DNA from: Candidatus Omnitrophota bacterium
GTDB lineage: Bacteria > Omnitrophota > Gorgyraeia > B26-G9
Reading direction: 5' to 3'
DNA: 64,000 nucleotides
Assembly: GCA_043805415.1 (NCBI GenBank)
Contig: JAZDHZ010000036.1
Coordinates: 4,194 to 68,193 of the forward strand
The position numbers were made by a program, and so were the translations under genes. The first letter of the stretch is position 1. Every line of letters begins with the position of its first letter. Under the pieces are notes generated by a model. That model ran no database searches. It saw only the letters and a program-made list of their open reading frames with translations, and was not told the DNA's origin. Positions 1-8,871 of this stretch are shown in pieces.

Positions 1-3000
1 TGCCAACCTGATAAACCTGAACTCTGCAGGCAGTGCCAACCATACCCGGAACATCGGGAATAGTCCATAAATACCCTGTACCTGATCCTGGATTAGCGTC
101 TGAAGCCACACCATCAGCAATAAAACCATTATAGTTAGCTCCGCCATCAGTGCTATATCTTATATTTACCATACCAAACGTCGTTGGATCAGCAGTCCAT
201 TTAATGTAAACAACATTTCCGATATTAAACACCAGCCCAGATGCATTGGGATAAACCAAGTCAAGATTTGCCTCAACCGAGAATGTATCACTTTGCCCAG
301 CGGTTCCGGTAAGCAGATTTTCATCTCCGTCTAAAGCAACTTTAATTTTATTATTTGTCCCCATATCTGCTGCTAGCGGACTCCAAGAATACGAAGCAGG
401 GGTAACCGGAACTGTATTAATAAGAGTCAGATAAGATGTCCCGCCATTCTTTGATAAACGGATATTCACATTCCCGGTCATACTGCCGGATACATTCCAT
501 TGAATATTTTTCGTGTCGCCGAGATTAATTATCTCAGACGCATGCGGTTCAGAAACACCAATTGTCCCTTTTATACTAAATGGTCCTACTTCATCATAAA
601 CATTTTCATTGTCTTTATTACATACTCTTAAATATACATTGTTTGTACCAATATTGTCTGGAATAAACCAGGAAAAAATCTGCTCAACCTCAGGAGTTCC
701 CGCAGGCAATAAATCAGCAGGCTCAGCCCCGTTTAAGTATTCAAAATCCCCGGCGCCTACTTTATATTTTATAACCACATAATCCATTGCTCCATGTATG
801 GTCCATTTTACGTCTTCAGTCTGTCCGACCCGCCATACTTCACTGCCTAAAGGACGATTAACATCCAAAGAAGACATAATAGTAAAGCTCGCGCTCTCGC
901 CAGACACAGTCGCGTCACTTGTGCTTACTACTTTAAGTTTAGACAATGGAGCGGAAAGATATGTACTATTGGGAATTGTCCAGTCATATGTTCCGCCTAA
1001 AGCATCTGTACCTGCCGCAACATCGCTGGCTATTGGCATGGATTCATAACTTAAACCGTCATTATATGAGTAATAAATATTCACTGTTCCGTCAGTAATC
1101 CCGGATCCGAAATGCCCTTTTTTCGTCCAGCTTATGGTTTTAGTTTCACCCAGCAGCCACATTTCCTCAGTGATCGGGCTTACTTCATAAATCTGTCCTT
1201 TTAAAGTAAAATTAGTGCTTGTGCTTTCTACTATAGTATCAGGCGTAGAAGGATCATAATTTAATAGGATTTTCAAACGATTAGTTGTAGTAATAAGATT
1301 ATTGCCATCCCAATCAGAAGGAATATCCCAGTTATAACTGCCATTGCCGCTAGCTCCCACGATTTGATTAGCAATAATCGCAGTGGGTAAAAAACTCGAG
1401 CCGTCAGTTGACAAAGTAATTGTTACTGTATTTGGGCTTAAATTTTGCAAATTACCAGTATAAGTCCAGGTAATCGCGTTTGTATCGCCGATTTTCCAAG
1501 TATTTGGCGGCTGATTAATCGTGATCGTTCCTTTAATAATTAAATCATTATTTGACACATCATAATTGCGCACAGTCATATCAGTATCAATAATCTGAAC
1601 TTTTAATTGTTCGCCGATAATATCAGTACCGCTTATTTCTGCCGGGATTGTCCAGGCATAGGTATCCAAAGTCCCGCGTATGCCGGAAATAATAGTCAGC
1701 GGATAATTATCCCCCCCGCTGTTCATGGAAAGTTTAAGATCAACCAAATGATGCCCAACATATCCCGCGTCCACGCATGATCCGCCGGTTTCCAAAGACG
1801 CGGCATGCACCCAGGTAATATCCTCTGTATCTCCCACTTGCCAAACTTCTCCGCCATTGGGAATTTTTAAAGTCAAAGGCGCGAATTCCACGGCAAACCA
1901 GTCAATATCATTGCGGACAACAGATTCTTCACGGGTAAAAGTCACAGTCGTACCATTAGTCTGCGCCACTCGATTTGAGCAATCATCCAGATAAGAGTTT
2001 GTTGTACTGGTTGTATTTGCGTCAACACTCGTAAACACAGCTGTCCGGGTTAAATCCGTAGCTAAACTTAAAGTTGCTGTTCCAGTAAGAGTTCCCCCAT
2101 TAAGCGTGGCTGTTCCTTTTTGCGCTAAGGAGCTTTCATCTGTCAATTCCACCAAATACCATTTAATGTCAACATAATCTGTTGTCCCGCCACTGTTTAA
2201 ACCGCGGACAAAGGTCAAAGTACTTGTATCAGTAATTGTTCCTCTTGGCAGCATTTGCGATTCAACACCATTAAGTCCCGCACCGCCGACAAAATTAAAT
2301 ACTAAAAATGACTTAGTAATATCAGTAATTGCCGGATTAACTGTGGCTGTTTGCGAATACTGATTATAGGCAATTGTATCCAATCCCTTTTTTATCACTG
2401 CGTCAGTCTCAAATTCCACAACCTGATAAGTAATATTAATTGTCCGGGTTATTCCCGCTTCCTGGGCACTGCGCAAGCGTGTCAGCTGGATTTGCGTATC
2501 AGAAATAAGATCAGCTTTTAAAAACAATACTTCTGTATCGCCTGAGGTGGTAATATAACCGCGGGTATAAACAAGCACAAAAGCATTCGCGCTGTTTACT
2601 GAAGAAGGCAGATTAACTGTTTTTACTTTTGTGTCTTTATCCATAGAGGAAAAACCGTGAATAACTTTTACTCCGTCATTAAATTCCACCACCTGAAAAC
2701 TCACATTAGCCGCGCAAGCCCCATAATCCCGCGACAAAGCAATATGCTCAGAATCTTCAAAATACGGAGTAAATAAATAGTTTCCGTCTCTGGTGCTCAC
2801 GCTTCCATCCGCCGAAGTATTGATCAGAATAATACTCTTGGCCGGATCAACCGCGTAAGCGAGAGTTGCTGTATCTACTATATCAATATTAGCATAGGGA
2901 ATCGTCCCTGACTGCACCCGATTGATCTGTACTGCCTGCGCTTGATTCGCCCAAAGCAATACGCCGGCAAACATGCCAGCCAATAGAAACAGCTTACCTG

Positions 3001-3030
3001 AGAAAACTCTTTTTCTAATACCCCACATAT
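1..3030 (-). CDS. Partial giant secreted repeat protein (N-terminal ~1010 aa; C-terminus beyond the window edge). It has a signal peptide followed by tandem ~95-aa beta-sandwich-like repeats with a recurring W-x-x-G-D/E-T-x-x-I-x-W motif.
   Basis: The minus-strand frame is open from the window edge to ATG at 3028-3030, preceded by AGGGAG. It is absent from the ORF track only because no stop lies in the window. The N-terminus MWGIRKRVFSGKLFLLAGMFAGVLLWANQAQA looks like a signal peptide. Repeats include EVWQVGDTEDITW, NTWKIGDTNAITW, EMWLLGETKTISW and EVWRVGQTEDVKW. The only plus-strand ORF here (798..1049) is antisense to this frame. Confidence 0.75.
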
Positions 3031-3039
3031 CAATCTCCC

Positions 3040-3468
3040 TTAGTTCAGCACCCCAGGAGCTGATGTTTCATCTTCCAAAACATCAGTTTCCATTGGTAAT
3101 GGTGCTGCCGGTTTAATAAAAGTGATCACTTTTGCTTTGCGTAATAAAGTCGGTCCTTTTTCTGTTTCCTGAGTTATCTCATCATACTGGATGCTCACAG
3201 TATCACCGACATTAATTTGCTTAATATTTTGTTTGTGGATTATCTGCTCCATCTCGTCTAAAGGCAATAAAATTTCCTCGGCTGTTCCTTTTTCCGCGTC
3301 ACCCTTATACTCCACGGAAATCGAACCATAGCCAATACCGCTGACAATGCCCTGGATTTCCTTACTGGCGATGTCTTTTTTTCCGCCGACAGCTTCGTTC
3401 TCTGCCTGTAAAGGAGAAACACACACACAAACAACTGCTAATAAACCAACTAATAATAAATTTCTCAT
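3040..3468 (-). CDS. Small secreted protein (~142 aa) of unknown function, encoded between the HUH-TM gene and the partial giant gene.
   Basis: The ORF track gives 3040..3594. An internal Met (MRNLLLVGLLAVVCVCVSPLQA) gives a clean signal peptide and is preceded by GGAGAAAAAAA. The earlier in-frame start would encode a non-hydrophobic leader. The stop abuts the giant gene start with a 9-nt gap. Confidence 0.5.
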   Translation of the reverse strand: MRNLLLVGLLAVVCVCVSPLQAENEAVGGKKDIASKEIQGIVSGIGYGSISVEYKGDAEKGTAEEILLPLDEMEQIIHKQNIKQINVGDTVSIQYDEITQETEKGPTLLRKAKVITFIKPAAPLPMETDVLEDETSAPGVLN

Positions 3469-3595
3469 TTTTTTCTCCTGGATTAAATTTTGTATTTTCA
3501 TTTTATTTTCTCCTGTTATTTCGGGCAGGACAAGTCCTGCCCCTACACCCGGCCTCGATATACTATTTTTTATAATTGATCTGGTCTTTTTCACA

Positions 3596-4753
3596 CTATC
3601 TCCTGCGATATTTCAAACTTTTAAACGAAAAATCCTGCGGCTGTTTTCCGTTTAGCTGCAGGCTAAGCATTCCCAGCATCTGGCCATTAACAACTTCCCC
3701 CCGCCATGAAGCGGTTCCCTCTGAAGATGTTTGAATTGTTTCCCAGATAAGTTTATTTCCTTCAATAACACTAGAATAATTAATATTGGGAAATTTAAGC
3801 TGGGAAAGATATCCGGAAATAAATTTTCCCCGGATAAAACTTATAATATCCGCCCGTGCCGGCGAACCGTCAATATTAAACAGTTGAATCTGCCATTCAG
3901 TATTATTAAGATCTTTTAAATCCTGCTCAATTACTGAAACAACTCCAGTATTTTGTTTATTTATATTTTTATTATAATTAAAATATAAATAAACTCCTGA
4001 GGCAGTTAGCGTAACCAGCAATAAAGCAGCTCCCACACTCATAAAATCGTTTTTTACTCCTGATTTTTTTTCTGCTGTTTCCAGCTGATCTATTTTTTTC
4101 CGCTGCATTTCTATCTCGTCTCTAACGCTATTGACAAAATCTCTTGAACCAATTACTCCCTTACGCTGCAGCTTTTTATAATGCTTTTTAAATTCATCAT
4201 CATCCTGCATCCGCTGCATAAACTCGCTGTAATTCTCTCCCACCAATCCATTAATAATGCTTTCTATCTCATTCTTGATATCCAGTCCTCTGTCTGAGGT
4301 TTGAGCATAATCAAGATACAAACCATAACTGCTGTTCTGATCAGTTTGTGCCTGTACTGATAAATTCAACCGCTTAGGATTAAGATGCATATAGGCTGTG
4401 AGATTCAACAGGATTTGCGGATCTTTTTCCACAACCGCTGCCTTGAATCTTTCCCGGAAAAGATGGCCTTTTCGATCATAGCAGCCATTGAAATATTTTG
4501 TATAAGAAGAAGTCAGATCATGCATCAGGGTGGAAACACTTGCTTTTTTATCAACCTCAATTAATAAATGCAAATGATTATACATTAAAGTATAAGCATA
4601 AAGTTTAACTCCGTATTGGTCTTTGTATTTTTTAAGCAATTCAAAATACATCCCGTAATCCCTCGCGTCTTTAAAAATCACCTGGTTTTGCAACCCATTA
4701 CAAGTAATATAATAAACTGAATTTTCAATATACACTCTTGGCAATCTTGGCAT
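3596..4753 (-). CDS. IS200/RAYT-like HUH (Y1) domain protein fused to a linker, a single TM helix and a ~140-aa extracytoplasmic C-terminal domain. The topology resembles a ToxR/CadC-type one-component regulator.
   Basis: The N-terminus YYITCNGLQNQVIF...LYAYTLMYNHLHLLIEV matches the Y1_Tnp/RAYT HUH motif. The catalytic-Tyr region YDRKGHLFRERF matches Y-x2-R-x-G-x-LW-x-R-F. A K/R-rich segment is followed by the TM helix VGAALLLVTLTASGVYLYF and then a C-terminal domain. RBS GGAG precedes the ATG. Confidence 0.8.
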   Translation of the reverse strand: MPRLPRVYIENSVYYITCNGLQNQVIFKDARDYGMYFELLKKYKDQYGVKLYAYTLMYNHLHLLIEVDKKASVSTLMHDLTSSYTKYFNGCYDRKGHLFRERFKAAVVEKDPQILLNLTAYMHLNPKRLNLSVQAQTDQNSSYGLYLDYAQTSDRGLDIKNEIESIINGLVGENYSEFMQRMQDDDEFKKHYKKLQRKGVIGSRDFVNSVRDEIEMQRKKIDQLETAEKKSGVKNDFMSVGAALLLVTLTASGVYLYFNYNKNINKQNTGVVSVIEQDLKDLNNTEWQIQLFNIDGSPARADIISFIRGKFISGYLSQLKFPNINYSSVIEGNKLIWETIQTSSEGTASWRGEVVNGQMLGMLSLQLNGKQPQDFSFKSLKYRRR

Positions 4754-4781
4754 TACTCACTCCGTTTTTATTCCGCTCTTC

Positions 4782-4845
4782 CCTGATTATGCCTGGCACT
4801 TTTTAGGGTTTTACCTGATTATACCTGACACTTTTTAATATTCTC
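4782..4845 (-). repeat. Two tandem copies of a 32-bp element (CCTGATTATRCCTGRCACTTTTTA...) in the promoter region of the HUH-TM gene. On the coding (minus) strand the distal copy has a TATAAT -10 hexamer and the proximal copy has CATAAT.
   Basis: Direct repeat seen at 4782-4813 and 4814-4845. Minus-strand reading gives AAAAAGTGTCAGGTATAATCAGG and AAAAAGTGCCAGGCATAATCAGG immediately upstream of the RBS/ATG at 4753. Confidence 0.5.
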
Positions 4846-4875
4846 AAAAAAAAACCTCAGACAACTCGTCTGAGG
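4846..4875 (-). terminator. Rho-independent terminator: an 8-bp perfect stem (CCTCAGAC/GTCTGAGG, loop GAGTT) followed by a U9 run on the minus strand.
   Basis: The plus strand reads aaaaaaaaaCCTCAGACaactcGTCTGAGG. On the minus strand the hairpin is followed by TTTTTTTTT. It lies downstream of the wecA-small ORF transcription unit. Confidence 0.8.
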
Positions 4876-5114
4876 TAACAGTAACATTATACAGGGCAGC
4901 CTGCCAATCCGCATAAAATCACGGACGCATCAGCTTTGCCACATACCCATAAATACCCAAGGTATGCGATTCCGTAAGATCCAAATAATACAGAATGCCC
5001 TCGCGTTACCACGAGTTTGCCTTTTTCTACTAATATAAGTATACCACGCATTAAAGAATAAGTCAATGCTTTGTAAAAGTTTTTAATAGAACATGCTTTC
5101 AAATATAACTCCTT

Positions 5115-5306
5115 TTATTTGTTTGACTTATCAAGTAAAAGCAATGCTATGGCAGTAAGCAAGCAGGTATCAGTAAACCGCATAAAAGCACTTGCCTCTA
5201 AGCCATACTCTGTTGCAGGAAAAGGCATGACTAAAATACGGGAAACCATGCCCACAACAAAACTAATTCCTGCGATTCCTATCACTAAACCTGCTATTTT
5301 TTTCAT
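5115..5306 (-). CDS. Small hydrophobic membrane protein (63 aa), probably cotranscribed with wecA.
   Basis: Two predicted TM segments. RBS AAGGGAGAAAA directly precedes the ATG. It sits between the wecA stop and the terminator. Confidence 0.45.
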   Translation of the reverse strand: MKKIAGLVIGIAGISFVVGMVSRILVMPFPATEYGLEASAFMRFTDTCLLTAIALLLLDKSNK

Positions 5307-5376
5307 TTTTTCTCCCTTTCTACGCGTATTTATAATTCAAGCAAAGATAAAAAGATTAACTATTATCTAACTTAGA

Positions 5377-6408
5377 TTACTCCAAATCTTTATGGTGTTT
5401 TTTCCCTAATACAATCAATACACCAATAACCCCAAAAATTATTGATGATTGCATTATGGTCATCACTCCCTCAATTGCTGAGTCATTACTGACCATTATA
5501 GCGCTTAATCCCAGGGAAAATGTTATATAGTATATAAATAAAACCGCTCCTTTTTGGCTTAATCCTAAATCAACCAGATAATGATGAAAATGATCTTTTC
5601 CTCCATATTTCAGCCATTCAATAATGTTTTTAATCTTTTGCTCTTTTATCCGCATCACAGTGGTAAATATCATATCAAATATCGGAACTCCCAGGATTAA
5701 AATCGGAATAGATAATCTAACCAGATTATCCCCTGCCCAATCGCCTTGTATCGCGATACAAGCAAGGCAAAACCCGATAAATGTACTGCCAGCATCACCC
5801 AAGAACATTCTTTTCTTTCTTAAAAAATTATATGGTAAAAACCCCAGACAAGAGCCGATAATAATCGCGATTGCTAATCCTAAGGCATATTGATTAGTAT
5901 TATAAAGAATCACAAAAAAACAAAGAAAATTCAGTATTGCTGATCCAGTGGCTAAACCATCTAAACCATCCAGATAATTATAAGCATTAGTTACGCCGAC
6001 AATCCAAATCACGGTAACCAATATTTCCCCGATATTTCCCCAGACATTATGCGGTAAGAAAGTTATCCGCACTCCGTTTAAAATAAGAATCAGCGCTAAA
6101 AGAATTTGAATAAATAACCTTAATCGCGCGGAAAGCCCTTTAATATCATCATATGTGCCCATATATAAGATAATTGTGGCGCAGATAAAAATTGGCGCCA
6201 GGGCACGAAAACTAGTGGCAAAAAAGAAAAATGAGCCAACTACCCCTAAATAAATCGCTAAACCGCCGAGTAATGGAGTGGGATTTGTATGTATTTTTTT
6301 CTGATTAGGAATATCAACTATTTTCATGGATAAGGCCATTTTTCGAAAAAAAGGCGTACTCAGATATGTGATTAAAAACGCGATAACAAAAGCGATGAAT
6401 GTCTGCAC
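5377..6408 (-). CDS. wecA: Polyprenyl-phosphate sugar-1-phosphate transferase of the WecA/MraY (GT4 phosphotransferase) family.
   Basis: Multi-TM protein with the hallmark motifs YDDIKG, NAYNYLDGLDGLATG and FLGDAGS typical of MraY/WecA. Confidence 0.88.
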   Translation of the reverse strand: MQTFIAFVIAFLITYLSTPFFRKMALSMKIVDIPNQKKIHTNPTPLLGGLAIYLGVVGSFFFFATSFRALAPIFICATIILYMGTYDDIKGLSARLRLFIQILLALILILNGVRITFLPHNVWGNIGEILVTVIWIVGVTNAYNYLDGLDGLATGSAILNFLCFFVILYNTNQYALGLAIAIIIGSCLGFLPYNFLRKKRMFLGDAGSTFIGFCLACIAIQGDWAGDNLVRLSIPILILGVPIFDMIFTTVMRIKEQKIKNIIEWLKYGGKDHFHHYLVDLGLSQKGAVLFIYYITFSLGLSAIMVSNDSAIEGVMTIMQSSIIFGVIGVLIVLGKKHHKDLE

Positions 6409-6445
6409 AGGATCAATCCTTTAACATTTAATTTGGATGAACAAA

Positions 6446-7069
6446 CTATTCAATATCCTTTAAAACTCTTACCGCGGAAAACCCTTCCGCGTATTTAACT
6501 CTTGCCTGAAAACCCCGAAAATTTGCCATTGAAGTCGCGATCTCAAGAATAGACAGATCTTCCACTCTAGTCCTGTTCACTTGAGAAGCATGTAATTTAA
6601 GTAAATTTAGTTTTTGCTTAAAAACCTTGCCAATATCAACAAAAATTTCCGGATTAAAATTCTGGGTAGTTGGCACCTCGTAATAAAGCACTTCCTTTAT
6701 ATATCTTGTTGCCGACAAACATGCCTTTGCCAAGGCCCGATGATCTTGATGCACATCATCCAGATAATTGATCAGCACTACCTGGGGATTTACTTTCTGA
6801 ATTATTTGTTCAATTTTATCAATCAGCTCCCGCACATTCATTAAGCGAGTATCTTCAAAGTTGCCCCAAAAAACTTCTTTTGCCCCCATATTTTTTGCGG
6901 ATTCTTCCTGTTCCTGGCAACGCACTTTAGGCTCTCCGCCAACCTCTCCGCAGGTAAGCACTAATAAATAAACATTATGTCCGGCTTGGGCATATTTAAG
7001 CAAACTTCCTCCGCAGCCGATTTCAATATCATCAGGATGCGCTCCGATTCCTAAAACATTCATCTGCAT
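6446..7069 (-). CDS. PIG-L/LmbE-family N-acetylglucosaminyl deacetylase.
   Basis: AHPDDIEIGCGG motif (the HPDDxE zinc site) and the conserved HQDH. The start was moved to the Met preceded by GGGGG (MQMNV...). Confidence 0.82.
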   Translation of the reverse strand: MQMNVLGIGAHPDDIEIGCGGSLLKYAQAGHNVYLLVLTCGEVGGEPKVRCQEQEESAKNMGAKEVFWGNFEDTRLMNVRELIDKIEQIIQKVNPQVVLINYLDDVHQDHRALAKACLSATRYIKEVLYYEVPTTQNFNPEIFVDIGKVFKQKLNLLKLHASQVNRTRVEDLSILEIATSMANFRGFQARVKYAEGFSAVRVLKDIE

Positions 7070-7149
7070 ACCCCCAATGGTCAATAGCTAATAGTTATGA
7101 ATTATGAGTTACAAGTTACGGGTTTTGAGTTTTTTAGAAATTAGTGCAA

Positions 7150-7292
7150 TTAGTAATTTGTTTTCTGTTTTCTGTTTTCTGTTTTCTGTTTTCTGCTTTC
7201 TGCTTTCTGCTTTTTGTTTTTTCTATTAGCTATGAGCTATCAGCCATGAGCCAAGCGCTTTTTGCTTTTCCTAATCGCTAAACGCTAATCGC
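7150..7292. repeat. Composite intergenic repeat element, copy A. It contains tandem heptamer arrays (TTTTCTG)x5-(CTTTCTG)x2-CTTTTTG at 7152-7207, an (AGCYATS)-type array, and the core TTTTTGCTTTTCCTAATCGCTAAACGCTAATCGCTATACGCTG.
   Basis: Read directly from the sequence. The same core recurs at ~24036-24140 and ~33571-33695. Confidence 0.85.
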
Positions 7293-7308
7293 TATACGCT
7301 GTCTTCTA

Positions 7309-8124
7309 TTAGCTCTCAACATCAGAACTTACTTCATTTATCAGATTTTCATCAACAATTTTCGCGTTTTTCCCAAAACCAGCGAATAAAGCTAAGTCAC
7401 ATAAGTGATTAATCCTTCTGGGAATACCCCCGGTTTTTTTATAAATAAGGCTATCTGTACCTTGAGCGAAAATGATTTGGCTTGCCCCGGCGACATTTAA
7501 TCGATGGCTGATATAATCGTTTGTTTCCTGTTCACTTAAAGGCCCAAGATGAAATTTGACTCCAATCCGCTGGGAAAACTGTTTATTAGAATCAATCATT
7601 GCTTTTAATTCCGGCTGGCCCAAGATTAACAGTGTGAGCAGAAACTGATTCTCGATTTGAAAATTTAACAGCAGTCTTAATTCTTCCCAAACCTTTGAAT
7701 CAGTAATAACATGCGCCTCATCAATAACAATAACAGTTTTCTTTCCATCGCGCATATTATTTTCCAGGATTTCACCTAAACGCTCAAGAACAACATTCAC
7801 TAAAACATCCTGCTTGTTTTTAGGCAAATCCCGCGCTCCAAGGCTATAGGCAATATGCATAAGTAATTCGGAATAATTCAAAAAAGGATTGGCAATAAAA
7901 GCGGTTTTATAAATATCCCGGTCAAGTTCTTTAAACAGAGTCTGTCCAAGTAAAGTTTTTCCGCAACCAAAAACTCCGGTAAGCAGCCCTGCCCCTTTAC
8001 CTTCGCTGACAACATAAAGCAATCTGGATAAACCTTCCTCATGCTGCGGAGAATGATATAGAAATTTTGGATCAGGAGTATTTTCAAATGGTTTTACGGA
8101 TAAACCCCAATGCGATTCGTACAT
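7309..8124 (-). CDS. ExeA/GspA-like AAA+ ATPase (AAA_22 family). It is a cytoplasmic domain only, with no peptidoglycan-binding region.
   Basis: N-terminus WGLSVKPF, Walker A GVFGCGKT and Walker B VIVIDEAH, arranged as in ExeA-family ATPases. Confidence 0.75.
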   Translation of the reverse strand: MYESHWGLSVKPFENTPDPKFLYHSPQHEEGLSRLLYVVSEGKGAGLLTGVFGCGKTLLGQTLFKELDRDIYKTAFIANPFLNYSELLMHIAYSLGARDLPKNKQDVLVNVVLERLGEILENNMRDGKKTVIVIDEAHVITDSKVWEELRLLLNFQIENQFLLTLLILGQPELKAMIDSNKQFSQRIGVKFHLGPLSEQETNDYISHRLNVAGASQIIFAQGTDSLIYKKTGGIPRRINHLCDLALFAGFGKNAKIVDENLINEVSSDVES

Positions 8125-8144
8125 AACCTTCCTTGGTTTTAATG

Positions 8145-8846
8145 TTAAGACTTCCCGGCTCTTATAATATCCATACTTTTAGGGCCTTGATTAAACAAAA
8201 GATCAATTACTGACATATACGCAGAGAATTCATGTTTCTCTGATTCGAATTGCTGCAAATATTCAGGATGCGTAAAATTTTGATATTGCAATTTGATATT
8301 ATTTTTAGTAAATTCAGACTCTTCCAAATAATCTTTACCGCCGCGACCGGATAAATAAGTATCAGCGTCAAGCTTTTTACATATTTCTATAAGTCTTAAG
8401 GTACTGACATTCTCGGTTTTTAATTCTGATTCTAAATATATTTCAGTCTTAATCTTAAGCGCGTCTAATATAAATTTAATAATCTGAATATTTAGATCAA
8501 TTAATTTTTCCCATTTTTTCTCATAAACTGTTTTAAAAAAAGGAAAATAATCACTAAAATGCGGGGCAGAGGCATACCAAGTTTGCAGACTATGAATATG
8601 CTCTTTTTGCCAATCTATTTCATTGTCAATCTGCACTTCATTCAGCCTTTGCAGGCTGGCCCCTTTTGTCCTTACCGGTACTGTTAACCAAATAGAACCT
8701 GTTTTGGTGCGAATTTTGTTTCGATTTTGAAATTCTCTCTTTTTATATTGTACCGTATCCAAAAATACAAAGCAATCACTTTTATCAATCTTGTCAAAAT
8801 ATCCAAGCCAGGGTATATATTGGGGTTGATGCGCTGAAAGTATCAT
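8145..8846 (-). CDS. WbqC-like family protein (glycan/O-antigen cluster protein of unknown function).
   Basis: The N-terminus MILSAHQPQYIPWLGYFDKI matches the characteristic QPxYlPWlGYF start of WbqC-like proteins, and the ~230 aa length is typical. Confidence 0.75.
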   Translation of the reverse strand: MILSAHQPQYIPWLGYFDKIDKSDCFVFLDTVQYKKREFQNRNKIRTKTGSIWLTVPVRTKGASLQRLNEVQIDNEIDWQKEHIHSLQTWYASAPHFSDYFPFFKTVYEKKWEKLIDLNIQIIKFILDALKIKTEIYLESELKTENVSTLRLIEICKKLDADTYLSGRGGKDYLEESEFTKNNIKLQYQNFTHPEYLQQFESEKHEFSAYMSVIDLLFNQGPKSMDIIRAGKS

Positions 8847-8871
8847 TGTTTTTCCTTCTTTTACCTGTTTT

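Noticed and set aside
798-1049. An 83-aa plus-strand ORF, together with the many other 60-130 aa ORFs listed inside the giant genes (e.g. 35064..35309, 41755..41976, 44240..44479, 48561..48962).
   Set aside because: They are antisense to, or out of frame within, long continuous repeat-protein reading frames. They are low-complexity, lack RBSs, and are expected by chance in AT-rich repeat DNA.
4887-5102. A 71-aa minus-strand ORF between the small membrane protein and the terminator.
   Set aside because: No RBS, odd composition. It occupies the 3' region just before a strong terminator, so it is more likely non-coding.
7141-7300. Possibility that the heptamer-repeat region is a CRISPR array.
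   Set aside because: The units are 7 bp with no spacer-sized unique segments and no cas genes. It is a simple tandem or dispersed repeat, not CRISPR.
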